Shown here in pieces: positions 10,569 through 19,836 of a DNA stretch of 38,803 bases (position 1 is its first letter; every line of letters begins with the position of its first letter). Location of the stretch: positions 1-38,803 of the forward strand of contig CBFIGT010000010.1 of assembly GCA_965662175.1 (NCBI GenBank), read 5' to 3'. The notes beneath the pieces are model-generated. The model was not told the origin of the DNA. It made no database searches and worked only from the letters and a program-made list of their open reading frames with translations. The position numbers and the translations under genes were made by a program. Origin of the DNA: Arcobacter sp. Lineage in GTDB: Bacteria; Campylobacterota; Campylobacteria; Campylobacterales; Arcobacteraceae.

Positions 10569-11756
10569 TTAGTTCAACATCCCACTCATATTCCAAATAG
10601 GAGTAAAAACAGCTAACATTATCCATAAAATTAGTGATGAAATTGCAATAAAAAAAATAGGTTCTATAAAAGAAGATAAATTTTTAATACTATTTTGAAA
10701 ATTATCTTTATAAATACTCTCTATTTTTTCTATACTTATTTGTAAAGAGTTACTCTTCTCTCCACTATTAAGTAAACTAATTATCAAATCATCGAAAATC
10801 TCTGTTTGCTCAAAAGCAAATGGAATTGACTTACCATTTTTTAGATGTTCATTTATTTTTTGTATTTTATCTAAAATGTATTGGTTTTTTATTAAAATAG
10901 TTGAATTATCTATTGCCACATGAAATTCATACTTAGATTTTAACAAAATATTCAAAGCCAAGAAAAAATTATATAGCTCATAATTTTGTATCATTTTTGA
11001 TACTACAGGAAAATAAAAAGCCATAAATTTATCTTTATAGTATGAAGCTTGAGGAAAAGTTTTTATTAAAATCTTTAAGAGTAAAAAAAGAGCAAATATT
11101 GCTATAACTATAAAAAAAGAGTAGTTTAATAAAAAATCTTTAGTTCCCAATAAAATAATTGTTGAAAGTGGCAAATCCATCTCATATTGACTAAATATGG
11201 TTTCAAACTTTGGTACAACAAAATTAAAAATTAGTAATAAGGCTATAAAAAAACTTGCTAATACTATTATTGGATATCTAATTGCTGAAAAAAGTTTTTG
11301 TTTATTCTCTTTTTTTATTTTTAATAGCAATAAAAGTGATGAGAAAAGAAGTTTACTACTTCCCCTATTTTCTAATATTTTAAAAAAAGGAATAATAATT
11401 GGGTCTAAATATTTTTCATGGTAAATCAAAGCACTATATATTGGTTTTCCATTTAATAGGGCGTTTTCCATTGATTCTAATATAGCTTTTAAAAGAGGTT
11501 TATTAGTACTCTTTTTTAATATAATTATTGCTTCACTAAGCAAAATATCTGAGTTTAAGATTATGTTTAACTGTATAAATAAATTATAAATTTCATCTTT
11601 ACTAACTGTTTCAAAAAACTGAATATTTTTTAGATTTATTGAGTTATAATCTTTTATTTTAATTATATTTTTTGGAAATAATGAGCTATCATTACTATTT
11701 AATACTACAGTTTTAGTCTTATTATTCTCTTGATAATATATTTTTATTTTTTTCAA
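10569..11756 (-). CDS. Type II secretion/type IV pilus platform protein, GspF/PilC family (CtsF-like)
   Basis: 395 aa with AIRYPIIV, FVVPKFETIF...LPLST, SGEKS, IEPIFF and FTPIW motifs and three TM segments. Overlaps the end of the gspE-like gene. Confidence 0.88.
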   Translation of the reverse strand: MKKIKIYYQENNKTKTVVLNSNDSSLFPKNIIKIKDYNSINLKNIQFFETVSKDEIYNLFIQLNIILNSDILLSEAIIILKKSTNKPLLKAILESMENALLNGKPIYSALIYHEKYLDPIIIPFFKILENRGSSKLLFSSLLLLLKIKKENKQKLFSAIRYPIIVLASFFIALLLIFNFVVPKFETIFSQYEMDLPLSTIILLGTKDFLLNYSFFIVIAIFALFLLLKILIKTFPQASYYKDKFMAFYFPVVSKMIQNYELYNFFLALNILLKSKYEFHVAIDNSTILIKNQYILDKIQKINEHLKNGKSIPFAFEQTEIFDDLIISLLNSGEKSNSLQISIEKIESIYKDNFQNSIKNLSSFIEPIFFIAISSLILWIMLAVFTPIWNMSGMLN

Positions 11757-13102
11757 TATATTACTTTATAAACTTCATCTATAGTTGTTAAGCCTAAGTT
11801 TACCTTATCTTTTGCATCCTCTAAAATTGTTTTAAAACCCCTCTCTTTTGCACTTATTAATATCTCTTTATTTGAAACTTTTTTATTAATTAATGTGGAG
11901 ATTTTTTCATCAATCTCTAAAATTTCAAAAATAGAGATTCTGCCATTAAACTTGGTAAAATTACACTTTATGCAACCATCACTGCACTCTTCACAAAGCT
12001 TTAAAACTAATCTTTGGGCAATAATAGCTCTTAAAGTAGAAGCTATTAAATATGGTTTTGCATCTAAATCAAAGAGTCGATTAAGCGTTGAAATAGAATC
12101 ATTTGTATGTAAGGTACTAAAAACCAAATGCCCTGTTAAGGAGGCTTGAATAGCAATAGATAAGGACTCCTTATCCCTAATTTCACCAATCATAATAATA
12201 TCAGGGTCTTGCCTTAAGACATTTTTTAAAACATCATTAAACTTTAAGCCAATCTCATTATTAATACTAACTTGTTGTATACCTTTTATTTGATACTCAA
12301 CTGGGTCTTCAATTGTTATTATTTTTTTAGTGTTATCATTTAATTCATTTAAAATAGAGTATAAAGTTGTAGTTTTTCCACTTCCTGTAGGTCCTGTTAC
12401 CAAAATCAAACCGTTTGATTTTTTTATAGATTTTTCTATTTTTTTTAAATTTAAACTTTCAAAACCTAGGGATTTTAAATCTTTATTTGTATTTGTATTG
12501 TCTAAAACTCTTATTACAATTGATTCCCCATAAATTGTAGGCATTGTTGAGACTCTAAAATCAATCTTTTTATTTTTAATTGTTTTCTCAAATCTTCCAT
12601 TTTGTGGCTCTCTTTTTTGTGTAATATCCAAATTTGATATAAGTTTTATAATTGAACTAATAATAGGATAGAATCTCTTATCATAATTAAAAAAAGTTTT
12701 TAATACCCCATCTCTTCTAAATCTTATTTTTAAACTACTCTCTTCACTCTCAATATGTATATCACTACACTTTTTATTAACAGCAAAAAATAGTAATATC
12801 TCCAAATACCCTTGCATATGAGACTCTTCATCCTCATCCATACAAGTAGTAGCTATTTTATAAAGTTTTAATTTTATTTCAAAATCACTAATACAAAATA
12901 GTATGTCATTTTTACTTGCATTTATCTCTTTTATTACTTGGTTTTGAAAAAAATCTTCATCTATTTTGCTATTATCACTAATTGCTATTTTTGTAAAATA
13001 GTTATCTTTTTTTATGGGTAAAACTAAACTCTGCTCTATTTTTTTGTTATCAAACTCATTTACTAAACTATAATCTATTATATAGTTATCTAACAGTGCC
13101 AC
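11753..13102 (-). CDS. GspE/PilB family assembly ATPase (CtsE-like)
   Basis: SDIHIE, REPQNGR, FRVSTMPT, Walker A GPTGSGKT, TIEDPVE, LRQDPDIIMIGEIRD, TGHLVFSTLH. GTG at 13102 (GGATG upstream) is preferred over ATG 13129, but the start is uncertain. Confidence 0.93.
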   Translation of the reverse strand: MALLDNYIIDYSLVNEFDNKKIEQSLVLPIKKDNYFTKIAISDNSKIDEDFFQNQVIKEINASKNDILFCISDFEIKLKLYKIATTCMDEDEESHMQGYLEILLFFAVNKKCSDIHIESEESSLKIRFRRDGVLKTFFNYDKRFYPIISSIIKLISNLDITQKREPQNGRFEKTIKNKKIDFRVSTMPTIYGESIVIRVLDNTNTNKDLKSLGFESLNLKKIEKSIKKSNGLILVTGPTGSGKTTTLYSILNELNDNTKKIITIEDPVEYQIKGIQQVSINNEIGLKFNDVLKNVLRQDPDIIMIGEIRDKESLSIAIQASLTGHLVFSTLHTNDSISTLNRLFDLDAKPYLIASTLRAIIAQRLVLKLCEECSDGCIKCNFTKFNGRISIFEILEIDEKISTLINKKVSNKEILISAKERGFKTILEDAKDKVNLGLTTIDEVYKVIY

Positions 13103-13823
13103 TGTTATACATCCATAGTTTGGTTTCATTATTATTTGTTTTTAATTTTATATAATCACTTCCAATAAATACTATTTTTTGTTCTTTTATTTTATCTCCA
13201 ACTTTAAACCAACTATCATTTATAAATGCCATATTTTCTACAATTGCATGTAGTTTTAAAAGTACTTTTTTATCTATTTTTTCATCTTTTTTTATCTTTA
13301 TACTCTCTTTTATCTCTTCTTTGTCAAATACATTTACTAAAGCTATATTCTCTTTTTCTTTATATGTTTTTTTATCCTTTAGGACTTTAACATCAAGAAA
13401 CAAACTAGTGACTTTTCTTCTTTTATCATATCTTGCATTGAATTTTTCAACTTTTAATAAAGAGTTTCTTTTTTCAATAAAATCTAGCATTCCAATAGTT
13501 GGAGTATACTCACCCTCTAATTCTAAAGTAAAACCCTTATCGATTAATTTTAATGAAACAATTTTTATATATTTCTCTTTAATATAGTTTTCTAAAGATA
13601 CTATAGTTACCAATAAATCAATATTTTCACTCTTTGAATCAAATGAGTTTATTATCTTTGTTAATTGGGATATTTGATTATCTTTTTCTCTATTTTCAAT
13701 ATCATTAAAGTTAAAATATAACAATAATACAAAAATAGCAGAACATAAAATATAGATATATTTTCTATTTTTATTAAATAAAGACTCAAGCTTTTTAGAA
13801 TAAAAAAGAGAGTTCAGCTTCAT
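13086..13823 (-). CDS. Bitopic membrane protein of the T2SS/T4P-like operon (PilO/GspM-like middle, CtsX/PilP-like C-terminus)
   Basis: Strong RBS AAGGAG; one N-terminal TM; C-terminal LKLHAIVENMAFINDSWFKVGDKI; operon position. Confidence 0.55.
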   Translation of the reverse strand: MKLNSLFYSKKLESLFNKNRKYIYILCSAIFVLLLYFNFNDIENREKDNQISQLTKIINSFDSKSENIDLLVTIVSLENYIKEKYIKIVSLKLIDKGFTLELEGEYTPTIGMLDFIEKRNSLLKVEKFNARYDKRRKVTSLFLDVKVLKDKKTYKEKENIALVNVFDKEEIKESIKIKKDEKIDKKVLLKLHAIVENMAFINDSWFKVGDKIKEQKIVFIGSDYIKLKTNNNETKLWMYNSGTVR

Positions 13824-14661
13824 ATAGGTTCTCCTTTTTTTTGTAAATTAATCTATTTACAAAAAGTTTTTTACATGATTTAAAAAATGTGTAAAAATTC
13901 TCTTTAGAAAGGGATTGAATTTTTAAGTTTATTCTTTTATCTTTATAATCAATTTCTAAAATTTTTATATTTTTTTCATCTAAACTCTTAAATAGTTTAG
14001 CAATTTTAAAATATAAATAATCCTCTTTTTTTACTAACATTTTTTTATTTATTTTATTTTGTAATTGATTAATCTTATTTTGATAATCTTCTTCACTTTT
14101 ATATTTATAATAATAACCCAAAATAAAAGGAGAAATTAAACTAAAAAGAACAAGTAAATAAAAAATATTTAGATTAGTAACTCTCTTTAAATAGTTTAAT
14201 TTAATCAAAGAATTATTGCTTCTATCTTTTAATTTTTCAAAATTTTCATCATCAATAAAAAAAGTTTTATTTATTTTAAAATTAAACCTTTTACTTATAT
14301 ACTCCTCTATATCACTTTTATCAATATCTTGATTAATCTTTTGGTAATAGTAAAAGTTCTCATTTTCAAAAATAAAAAAATACTCTTTATAAAGTATTAG
14401 GGTATTTGATTTATTATCTAAATACTCTTTAAAATATTCAAACTCTAAAGTTTGTATATTTTTACTTTTATAGTACAAAATAAAATACTCTTTAGAATAG
14501 TGCATAAATGAATAAATGATTTTAAAGTCTTTATGAAAAGGTAGATGATTTTTTTGGAATAGTGTTTTAGTGAACATAAATAGATTAGCTCTATTTATCT
14601 CTTCACTAACACTTTGTATTAAAAAATTAACTTCATCAAACTCTATTATATTATTTGGCAT
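13795..14661 (-). CDS. Hypothetical membrane protein, probable PilN/GspL-like alignment subunit
   Basis: 288 aa; cytoplasmic N-region, single TM (IFYLLVLFSLISPFILGYYY), coiled coil, small C-terminal domain; first gene of the operon with AGGA RBS. Confidence 0.5.
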   Translation of the reverse strand: MPNNIIEFDEVNFLIQSVSEEINRANLFMFTKTLFQKNHLPFHKDFKIIYSFMHYSKEYFILYYKSKNIQTLEFEYFKEYLDNKSNTLILYKEYFFIFENENFYYYQKINQDIDKSDIEEYISKRFNFKINKTFFIDDENFEKLKDRSNNSLIKLNYLKRVTNLNIFYLLVLFSLISPFILGYYYKYKSEEDYQNKINQLQNKINKKMLVKKEDYLYFKIAKLFKSLDEKNIKILEIDYKDKRINLKIQSLSKENFYTFFKSCKKLFVNRLIYKKKENLYEAELSFLF

Positions 14662-14666
14662 TTTGC

Positions 14667-14698
14667 ATCCTAAACTAATAATAAAGTTTATTATAAGT
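14667..14698 (-). promoter_or_regulatory. Leader with -10 box (ACTTATAATAAA) and RBS of the T2SS-like operon
   Basis: TATAAT within 14687-14698 on the minus strand; TAGGAT RBS at 14667-14672; closely matches the comM leader. Confidence 0.5.
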
Positions 14699-14755
14699 AA
14701 TCTTAAAAGTTATTAAGTTTTATTGCAAATAATTAAATTTGCAACTATTATATAA

Positions 14756-15637
14756 TTAATCTATATCATAACCTAACTCTTTTAATCCTTGTTTGTTTTT
14801 AGTCCAACCTTTTTTAATAGAAACAAAAAGCTCTAAGAAACATTTTTTACCTGTTAATTTCTCTATTTTAGTTCTTGCATCTTTTCCTATTCTTTTAATA
14901 GCTGTAGCACCTTTACCAATAATCATACCTTTTTGAGTTGATTTTTGTACAATAATAGTTGCTTTTATTACATCAACATTTGGTTTTTCTTCAACTTTGT
15001 TTATTAAAACATCTGTTTCATAAGGAATTTCATCAGAAATATTTTCGAAAATTGATTCTCTAATAAACTCTTTAAAAATATCTCTTAAATGCTCAGTTGT
15101 AAGAATTTCTGGGTCAAATAAATATGGATGTTCAGGTAAATGTTTTACAACATCATCCAAAATATCAGCATGTGTTGTAGCTTTTTTAATAGAAATTGGA
15201 ATAATAGACTCATATTTATCTGAAAACTGTTCATACTCTTTCATTTTGGCTAAAAGCTCATCATTTGATACAAAATCAATTTTTGTTAAAAGTAGTATAT
15301 GTTTTACATTTTTTGTATTTTTTTCTAAAAATGCTTCATAATGAGATATTTTATCAGTAACAGGTGCTAAAAATAGAATTAAATCACAATCTCCCATAGC
15401 TTTTAAAGCCTCATCTAACATAAACTGATTTAGCAACTTTTCTGTTTCATGAAGACCTGGAGTATCTACAAATACAATTTGATCATCATTATGCATTACA
15501 ATTATATTAGAACGTTTTCTTGTTGCATTTGCTTTATGAGAAACCATTGCAATTTTTTCACCAACTAACCAGTTTAATAGAGAACTTTTACCAGCATTTG
15601 GTCTTCCTATTACTGAAACATATCCACATTTTGTCAT
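14756..15637 (-). CDS. era: GTPase Era
   Basis: GRPNAGKS, DTPG, TKID, KH domain IIGKGA..IKRIG, LFVSIKKGW. Start moved to ATG 15637 (MTKCGYV) because of the AAGGA RBS. Confidence 0.97.
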   Translation of the reverse strand: MTKCGYVSVIGRPNAGKSSLLNWLVGEKIAMVSHKANATRKRSNIIVMHNDDQIVFVDTPGLHETEKLLNQFMLDEALKAMGDCDLILFLAPVTDKISHYEAFLEKNTKNVKHILLLTKIDFVSNDELLAKMKEYEQFSDKYESIIPISIKKATTHADILDDVVKHLPEHPYLFDPEILTTEHLRDIFKEFIRESIFENISDEIPYETDVLINKVEEKPNVDVIKATIIVQKSTQKGMIIGKGATAIKRIGKDARTKIEKLTGKKCFLELFVSIKKGWTKNKQGLKELGYDID

Positions 15638-15721
15638 TTTAATCCTTATAATCAATGTGAAGTTTATCTTCACAAAATCTAATTTTTTCGTATTGTACAA
15701 TAAAAAGGAAGAAATTAAAAG

Positions 15722-17230
15722 TTACCTTTTTCTATAACTTAATGCCTCCATTAAATGTTTGGTATTTATATTTTCACTCTCCTCTAAATCAGCAATAGTT
15801 CTAGCTACTTTTAGAACTTTATTTATACTTCTAAAGGAGAGTGAAAACTTTGTTGTTGCTTGATGTAAGATTGTTTGTGAGCTCTCATCTAAAATACAAT
15901 ATCTGTTTAACTCTTCATCGCTTAATTTTCCATTTAACTCTTTTTGTCCTCTTTTTATTTGTTGTATAAAGGCTTTTATAACTTTTTCATGCATGACTTT
16001 TGAGGAAAAACTTGCCTTATCATCAAAATTTACATCTGTCATAGTTATAAAAATATCAATCCTATCACAAAAAGGTTCTGATAGCTTTGCTTTATATCTT
16101 TGAACCTCCAAATCACTACATCTACACTCTTTTACACTACTTAATAAATTACCACAAGGACAAGGATTTAAAGCACTTGCAAATAGAAATTTTGTTTCAT
16201 AATTTACCTTACTATTTACTCTAGAAATCAAAATCTTATAATCCTCCAAAGGCTCTCTCATGGCTTCAAGTATAGATTTACTAAAGTGTGGGATTTCATC
16301 AAAAAACAAAATACCATTATTTGCTAAAGCCACTTCACCTATTTTAGAGTTTCTAGTACCACCGCCAAATATAGAGGCTTTTGTTGAGCTATGATGTGGT
16401 GACCTAAATACTCTACTTGCATCAAAAATTGGCTCAATAAGATTAAGTGAATCCATTTTTGCTTTTTCAAGAATTTGTTCAACTTTTTGTGGAGGCATTA
16501 TATATGGTAATCTTTTTATTATCATACTTTTACCACAACCAGGGCTTCCCTCAAATAAGATATTATGATTTCCAGCTGCTGATATTAAAGCTGCTCTTTT
16601 TGCATTTTCTTGACCTTTTACATCTTTAAAGTCAAGTTTATAATTTTGATTGTAATAAAAATAGTCTTGATTTATTAATATAGATTCACACTCTATTTTA
16701 TTTGCTTCAACTTTATAGACTGATTTATCTTTTAATTGAAAAAATGCAATAGCTTCTGCTAGATTTTTTACACTATAAATATTTATATTAGGAATCATTG
16801 CTACTTTTTTTGCTATTGAGTTTGGAACTAATACATTAATATTTTTATACTTTTTTGCTAAAGATAAAACTAATGCAAATATTGAATTATTCTCTTTTAA
16901 ATCACCATTTAAACTAAGTTCAGCAAAAATATAAAAATCATCAAAACTTATTTTACTTTCATTCAATGCTATTAAAAGTGCAATTGGTAAATCAAAATGC
17001 GTACCATTTTTACTTATATCAGAAGGTGATAAATTTATTGTGATTTTTTTGGGTGGGAATTTAAAATCATTTGTTAGAAGTGCTGATTTTACTCTATCTT
17101 TTGACTCTTGAATGGAAGAACTAGCCAGTCCAACAATAGAAAAACTTGGCATACCTTTAGTAAATGTAGCCTCAACGTCAACATCAATAGAGTCAAAAGA
17201 CTCTAAAGTAGCACTTTTAATAATTTTCAT
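15722..17230 (-). CDS. comM: YifB/ComM family Mg-chelatase-like AAA+ helicase (natural transformation)
   Basis: SIVGL...ESKDRVKSAL, ITINLSPSD, FDLPIAL, GSPGCGKS, FRSPHHS, GEVALANNGILFFDE, NPCPCG, KVARTIADL. Confidence 0.92.
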   Translation of the reverse strand: MKIIKSATLESFDSIDVDVEATFTKGMPSFSIVGLASSSIQESKDRVKSALLTNDFKFPPKKITINLSPSDISKNGTHFDLPIALLIALNESKISFDDFYIFAELSLNGDLKENNSIFALVLSLAKKYKNINVLVPNSIAKKVAMIPNINIYSVKNLAEAIAFFQLKDKSVYKVEANKIECESILINQDYFYYNQNYKLDFKDVKGQENAKRAALISAAGNHNILFEGSPGCGKSMIIKRLPYIMPPQKVEQILEKAKMDSLNLIEPIFDASRVFRSPHHSSTKASIFGGGTRNSKIGEVALANNGILFFDEIPHFSKSILEAMREPLEDYKILISRVNSKVNYETKFLFASALNPCPCGNLLSSVKECRCSDLEVQRYKAKLSEPFCDRIDIFITMTDVNFDDKASFSSKVMHEKVIKAFIQQIKRGQKELNGKLSDEELNRYCILDESSQTILHQATTKFSLSFRSINKVLKVARTIADLEESENINTKHLMEALSYRKR

Positions 17231-17234
17231 CTAA

Positions 17235-17267
17235 ATCCTATAACAAATAATATTATTTATTATAAGT
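17235..17267 (-). promoter_or_regulatory. Leader with -10 box (ACTTATAATAAA) and RBS of comM
   Basis: TATAAT within 17256-17267 on the minus strand; TAGGAT RBS at 17235-17240. Confidence 0.5.
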
Positions 17268-17303
17268 TTAAAACTATTAAAAGTTTATTATTAATAATCT
17301 AAA

Positions 17304-17822
17304 TTATATTTTTTTAGCTTGTAGTGATTTTTTATACTCTTTTTCAAACTTTTTTCTTTTTAGTAAAGATAATTTTTCAATAAAAAGATGACCCTCTAGG
17401 TGGTCCATCTCATGTTGCCAAGCAACAGCTAAAAAATCTTCAGCTTCCACTTTGTGTAAATTACCAAATCTATCTTGGTACTCTACAACTATATGTTGAG
17501 CTCTTTTGATATCTTCATTAAATCCAGGTACACTTAAGCAACCTTCAGTAAAAACTTGAATACCATCTTTGTGAGTAATCTTTGGGTTTATAGCTTCAAT
17601 TAAATTCTCTTTATCTTGAATATCATCCTCATCAGGTAAAGAAATAATCAAAACATTTAAAGGAACAGCAACTTGAATTGCAGCAAGCCCTACACCATTT
17701 TGAGCAATCATAGTATCATACATATCATCCAAAAGAGTGTGAAGTTCAGCGTTAAACTCCACAACATCTTCTGATTTTGTTCTAAGTAATTTATTTGGGT
17801 AAGTTATAACTTCTCTAAGCAT
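17304..17822 (-). CDS. def: Peptide deformylase
   Basis: GVGLAAIQV, EGCLSVP, QHEMDHLEG. Confidence 0.98.
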   Translation of the reverse strand: MLREVITYPNKLLRTKSEDVVEFNAELHTLLDDMYDTMIAQNGVGLAAIQVAVPLNVLIISLPDEDDIQDKENLIEAINPKITHKDGIQVFTEGCLSVPGFNEDIKRAQHIVVEYQDRFGNLHKVEAEDFLAVAWQHEMDHLEGHLFIEKLSLLKRKKFEKEYKKSLQAKKI

Positions 17823-17830
17823 ATTCTTCT

Positions 17831-18415
17831 TTACTTGTGATTTGTGATTACTTCATCAATTAAACCATAAGCACAAGCCTCAGCTGCACTCATAAAGTTA
17901 TCTCTATCTGTATCTTTTTCAATAACTTCAATTGGCTGACCTGTTTGCTCAGCAATCATAGCATTTAAAGTATCTTTCATTCTTTGAATCTCTTTAGCTT
18001 GAATTTGAATATCAGTTGCTTGACCTTGAGCACCACCTAAAGGTTGATGAATCATAACTCTAGAGTTTGGTAAAGAGTATCTTTTACCTTTAACTCCAGA
18101 ACTTAATAAAAATGCACCCATAGAAGCTGCTTGTCCAATACAAATAGTACAAACATCAGGTTTAATATAGTTCATAGTATCATAAATTGACATTCCACTT
18201 GTAATAACTCCACCCGGAGAGTTTATATATAAATAGATATCTTTATCTGGATCTTCAGCTTCTAAGAAAAGTAATTGTGCAACTACAGTTGAAGCAACTT
18301 GGTCATTTATCTCTCCGCTTAACATAATAATTCTATCTTTTAGAAGTCTTGAATAAATATCATAACTTCTTTCACCTCTACCAGATTTTTCTACAACGTA
18401 TGGAATATAACTCAT
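17831..18415 (-). CDS. clpP: ATP-dependent Clp protease proteolytic subunit
   Basis: [44 protein letters not shown]. Confidence 0.99.
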   Translation of the reverse strand: MSYIPYVVEKSGRGERSYDIYSRLLKDRIIMLSGEINDQVASTVVAQLLFLEAEDPDKDIYLYINSPGGVITSGMSIYDTMNYIKPDVCTICIGQAASMGAFLLSSGVKGKRYSLPNSRVMIHQPLGGAQGQATDIQIQAKEIQRMKDTLNAMIAEQTGQPIEVIEKDTDRDNFMSAAEACAYGLIDEVITNHK

Positions 18416-18436
18416 TTAATCTTCCTATTTTTAAAT

Positions 18437-19738
18437 TTATTTACCTAATTTTTCGTCTAATAATTTATTAATTACTTTATCTTCAATCATAGACATTTTA
18501 ATAGCTGGCATATACCCAGCATCTTGATACTGTTTTAACACTTGTTGTGGGTTTTGTCCCATTTGCATAGCTTCATAATAAATAACTTGAGTTAACTCTT
18601 GATCACTTACATCAACACTTTCAGCTTTTGCTAATGCATCAACAATAAATGTAGCTTTAACAGAAGTTTCAGCATCACCTTTTAACTCTTCTCTCATCTC
18701 TTCTACTTTAGCAGGATTTTCTTGAAGTTCTTTAATTTCATCTTCTGAAAAACCTCTTACTTTATTATTTAAAGCATAGTTGATTTCTTGTTCTACAACT
18801 GAAGTTGGTAATGCAAAAGTTAAAGTTTCTACTAATTTATCTAAATATGCAGGTTTTAACTCTTCTCTATAATATGTATACATTAACTCATTTTTCATTT
18901 GTTCTTCAATTTTAGCTTTTAAAGTATCAACAGTTGCACCCTCTTCGTTTGGTAACATTTTTTGTGCAAACTCATCATTTAATTCAGCTGGTACTTTTTC
19001 TTGAATTTCATGTAAAGTTACTTTAAATGTAGCCTCTTTACCTGCTAAATCTTTTGATTGATATTCAGCTGGGAATGTTACAACTACATCTTTTTCTTCT
19101 TCATATTTCATACCAATAATTTGCTCTTCAAATCCTGGAATAAATGAGTTAGAACCAACTTCAAGTGCATATTTCTCAGCTTTTCCACCCTCAAATGCAA
19201 CACCATCAACAAAACCTTCGAAATCAATAACAGCGAAGTCACCTTCTCTTACCATTCTTTTTCTAGCAATTTTTTCTAAAGGTGCTGATTGTTTAGTCAT
19301 ATCTTCAATTCTAGCATCAATATCTTTTGCAGCTACTTTTTTCTCTTTGATTTCTGGAAGTAAAGATTTATAATCACCTAAATCAAATACAGGTTTAGAA
19401 GATATTTTGATTTCAACTTCAACATCACCATTTTCTAATTTTTCATATTTACTAAATGCAGGCTCACCAATTAAATCTTCATTCGCAATTTTTAACTCAG
19501 CTAAACTATTTGTTAAAATATCTCTAACAACTTCACCCTCTGCATCTTGACTTAGTTTTTCACCATATCTTGCTTTTACAACGCTTACAGGTACTTTACC
19601 TTTTCTAAAACCTTGTACATCTAAAGTTTTAGCTGCTTCCTTAGCAATTTTGTCAATCTTTGCATTGATAGAAGCTTTTTCAATAGTTGCAGTTATTACT
19701 GCATTTGCTTCGTCAACTCTTTTTGCGTTAAAATCCAT
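18437..19738 (-). CDS. tig: Trigger factor
   Basis: Ribosome-binding GFRKGKVP; FKBP domain IDFEG...FIPGFEEQIIG...VTFPAEY; canonical tig-clpP order. Confidence 0.98.
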   Translation of the reverse strand: MDFNAKRVDEANAVITATIEKASINAKIDKIAKEAAKTLDVQGFRKGKVPVSVVKARYGEKLSQDAEGEVVRDILTNSLAELKIANEDLIGEPAFSKYEKLENGDVEVEIKISSKPVFDLGDYKSLLPEIKEKKVAAKDIDARIEDMTKQSAPLEKIARKRMVREGDFAVIDFEGFVDGVAFEGGKAEKYALEVGSNSFIPGFEEQIIGMKYEEEKDVVVTFPAEYQSKDLAGKEATFKVTLHEIQEKVPAELNDEFAQKMLPNEEGATVDTLKAKIEEQMKNELMYTYYREELKPAYLDKLVETLTFALPTSVVEQEINYALNNKVRGFSEDEIKELQENPAKVEEMREELKGDAETSVKATFIVDALAKAESVDVSDQELTQVIYYEAMQMGQNPQQVLKQYQDAGYMPAIKMSMIEDKVINKLLDEKLGK

Positions 19739-19836
19739 TAACTCTTCTCCAATATATAATTTTCAGCGATTTTATCTAAATTTTACTAAGGCTTTACTAA
19801 AATTAATTTTTAAACCAATTTCATAAAAAGGTAGTC

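Noticed and set aside
14723..14744. Inverted repeat TTGCAAAT-aattaa-ATTTGCAA downstream of era
   Set aside because: Only 8 bp and weak; I cannot distinguish terminator, operator or chance, so it is not called.
15638..15700. Extended N-termini given by the ORF track (era 15700, nspC 24780, rubredoxin 24952, pelF 34987, GH135 37849)
   Set aside because: Downstream ATGs have better RBSs or stop-start coupling and match the family N-termini.
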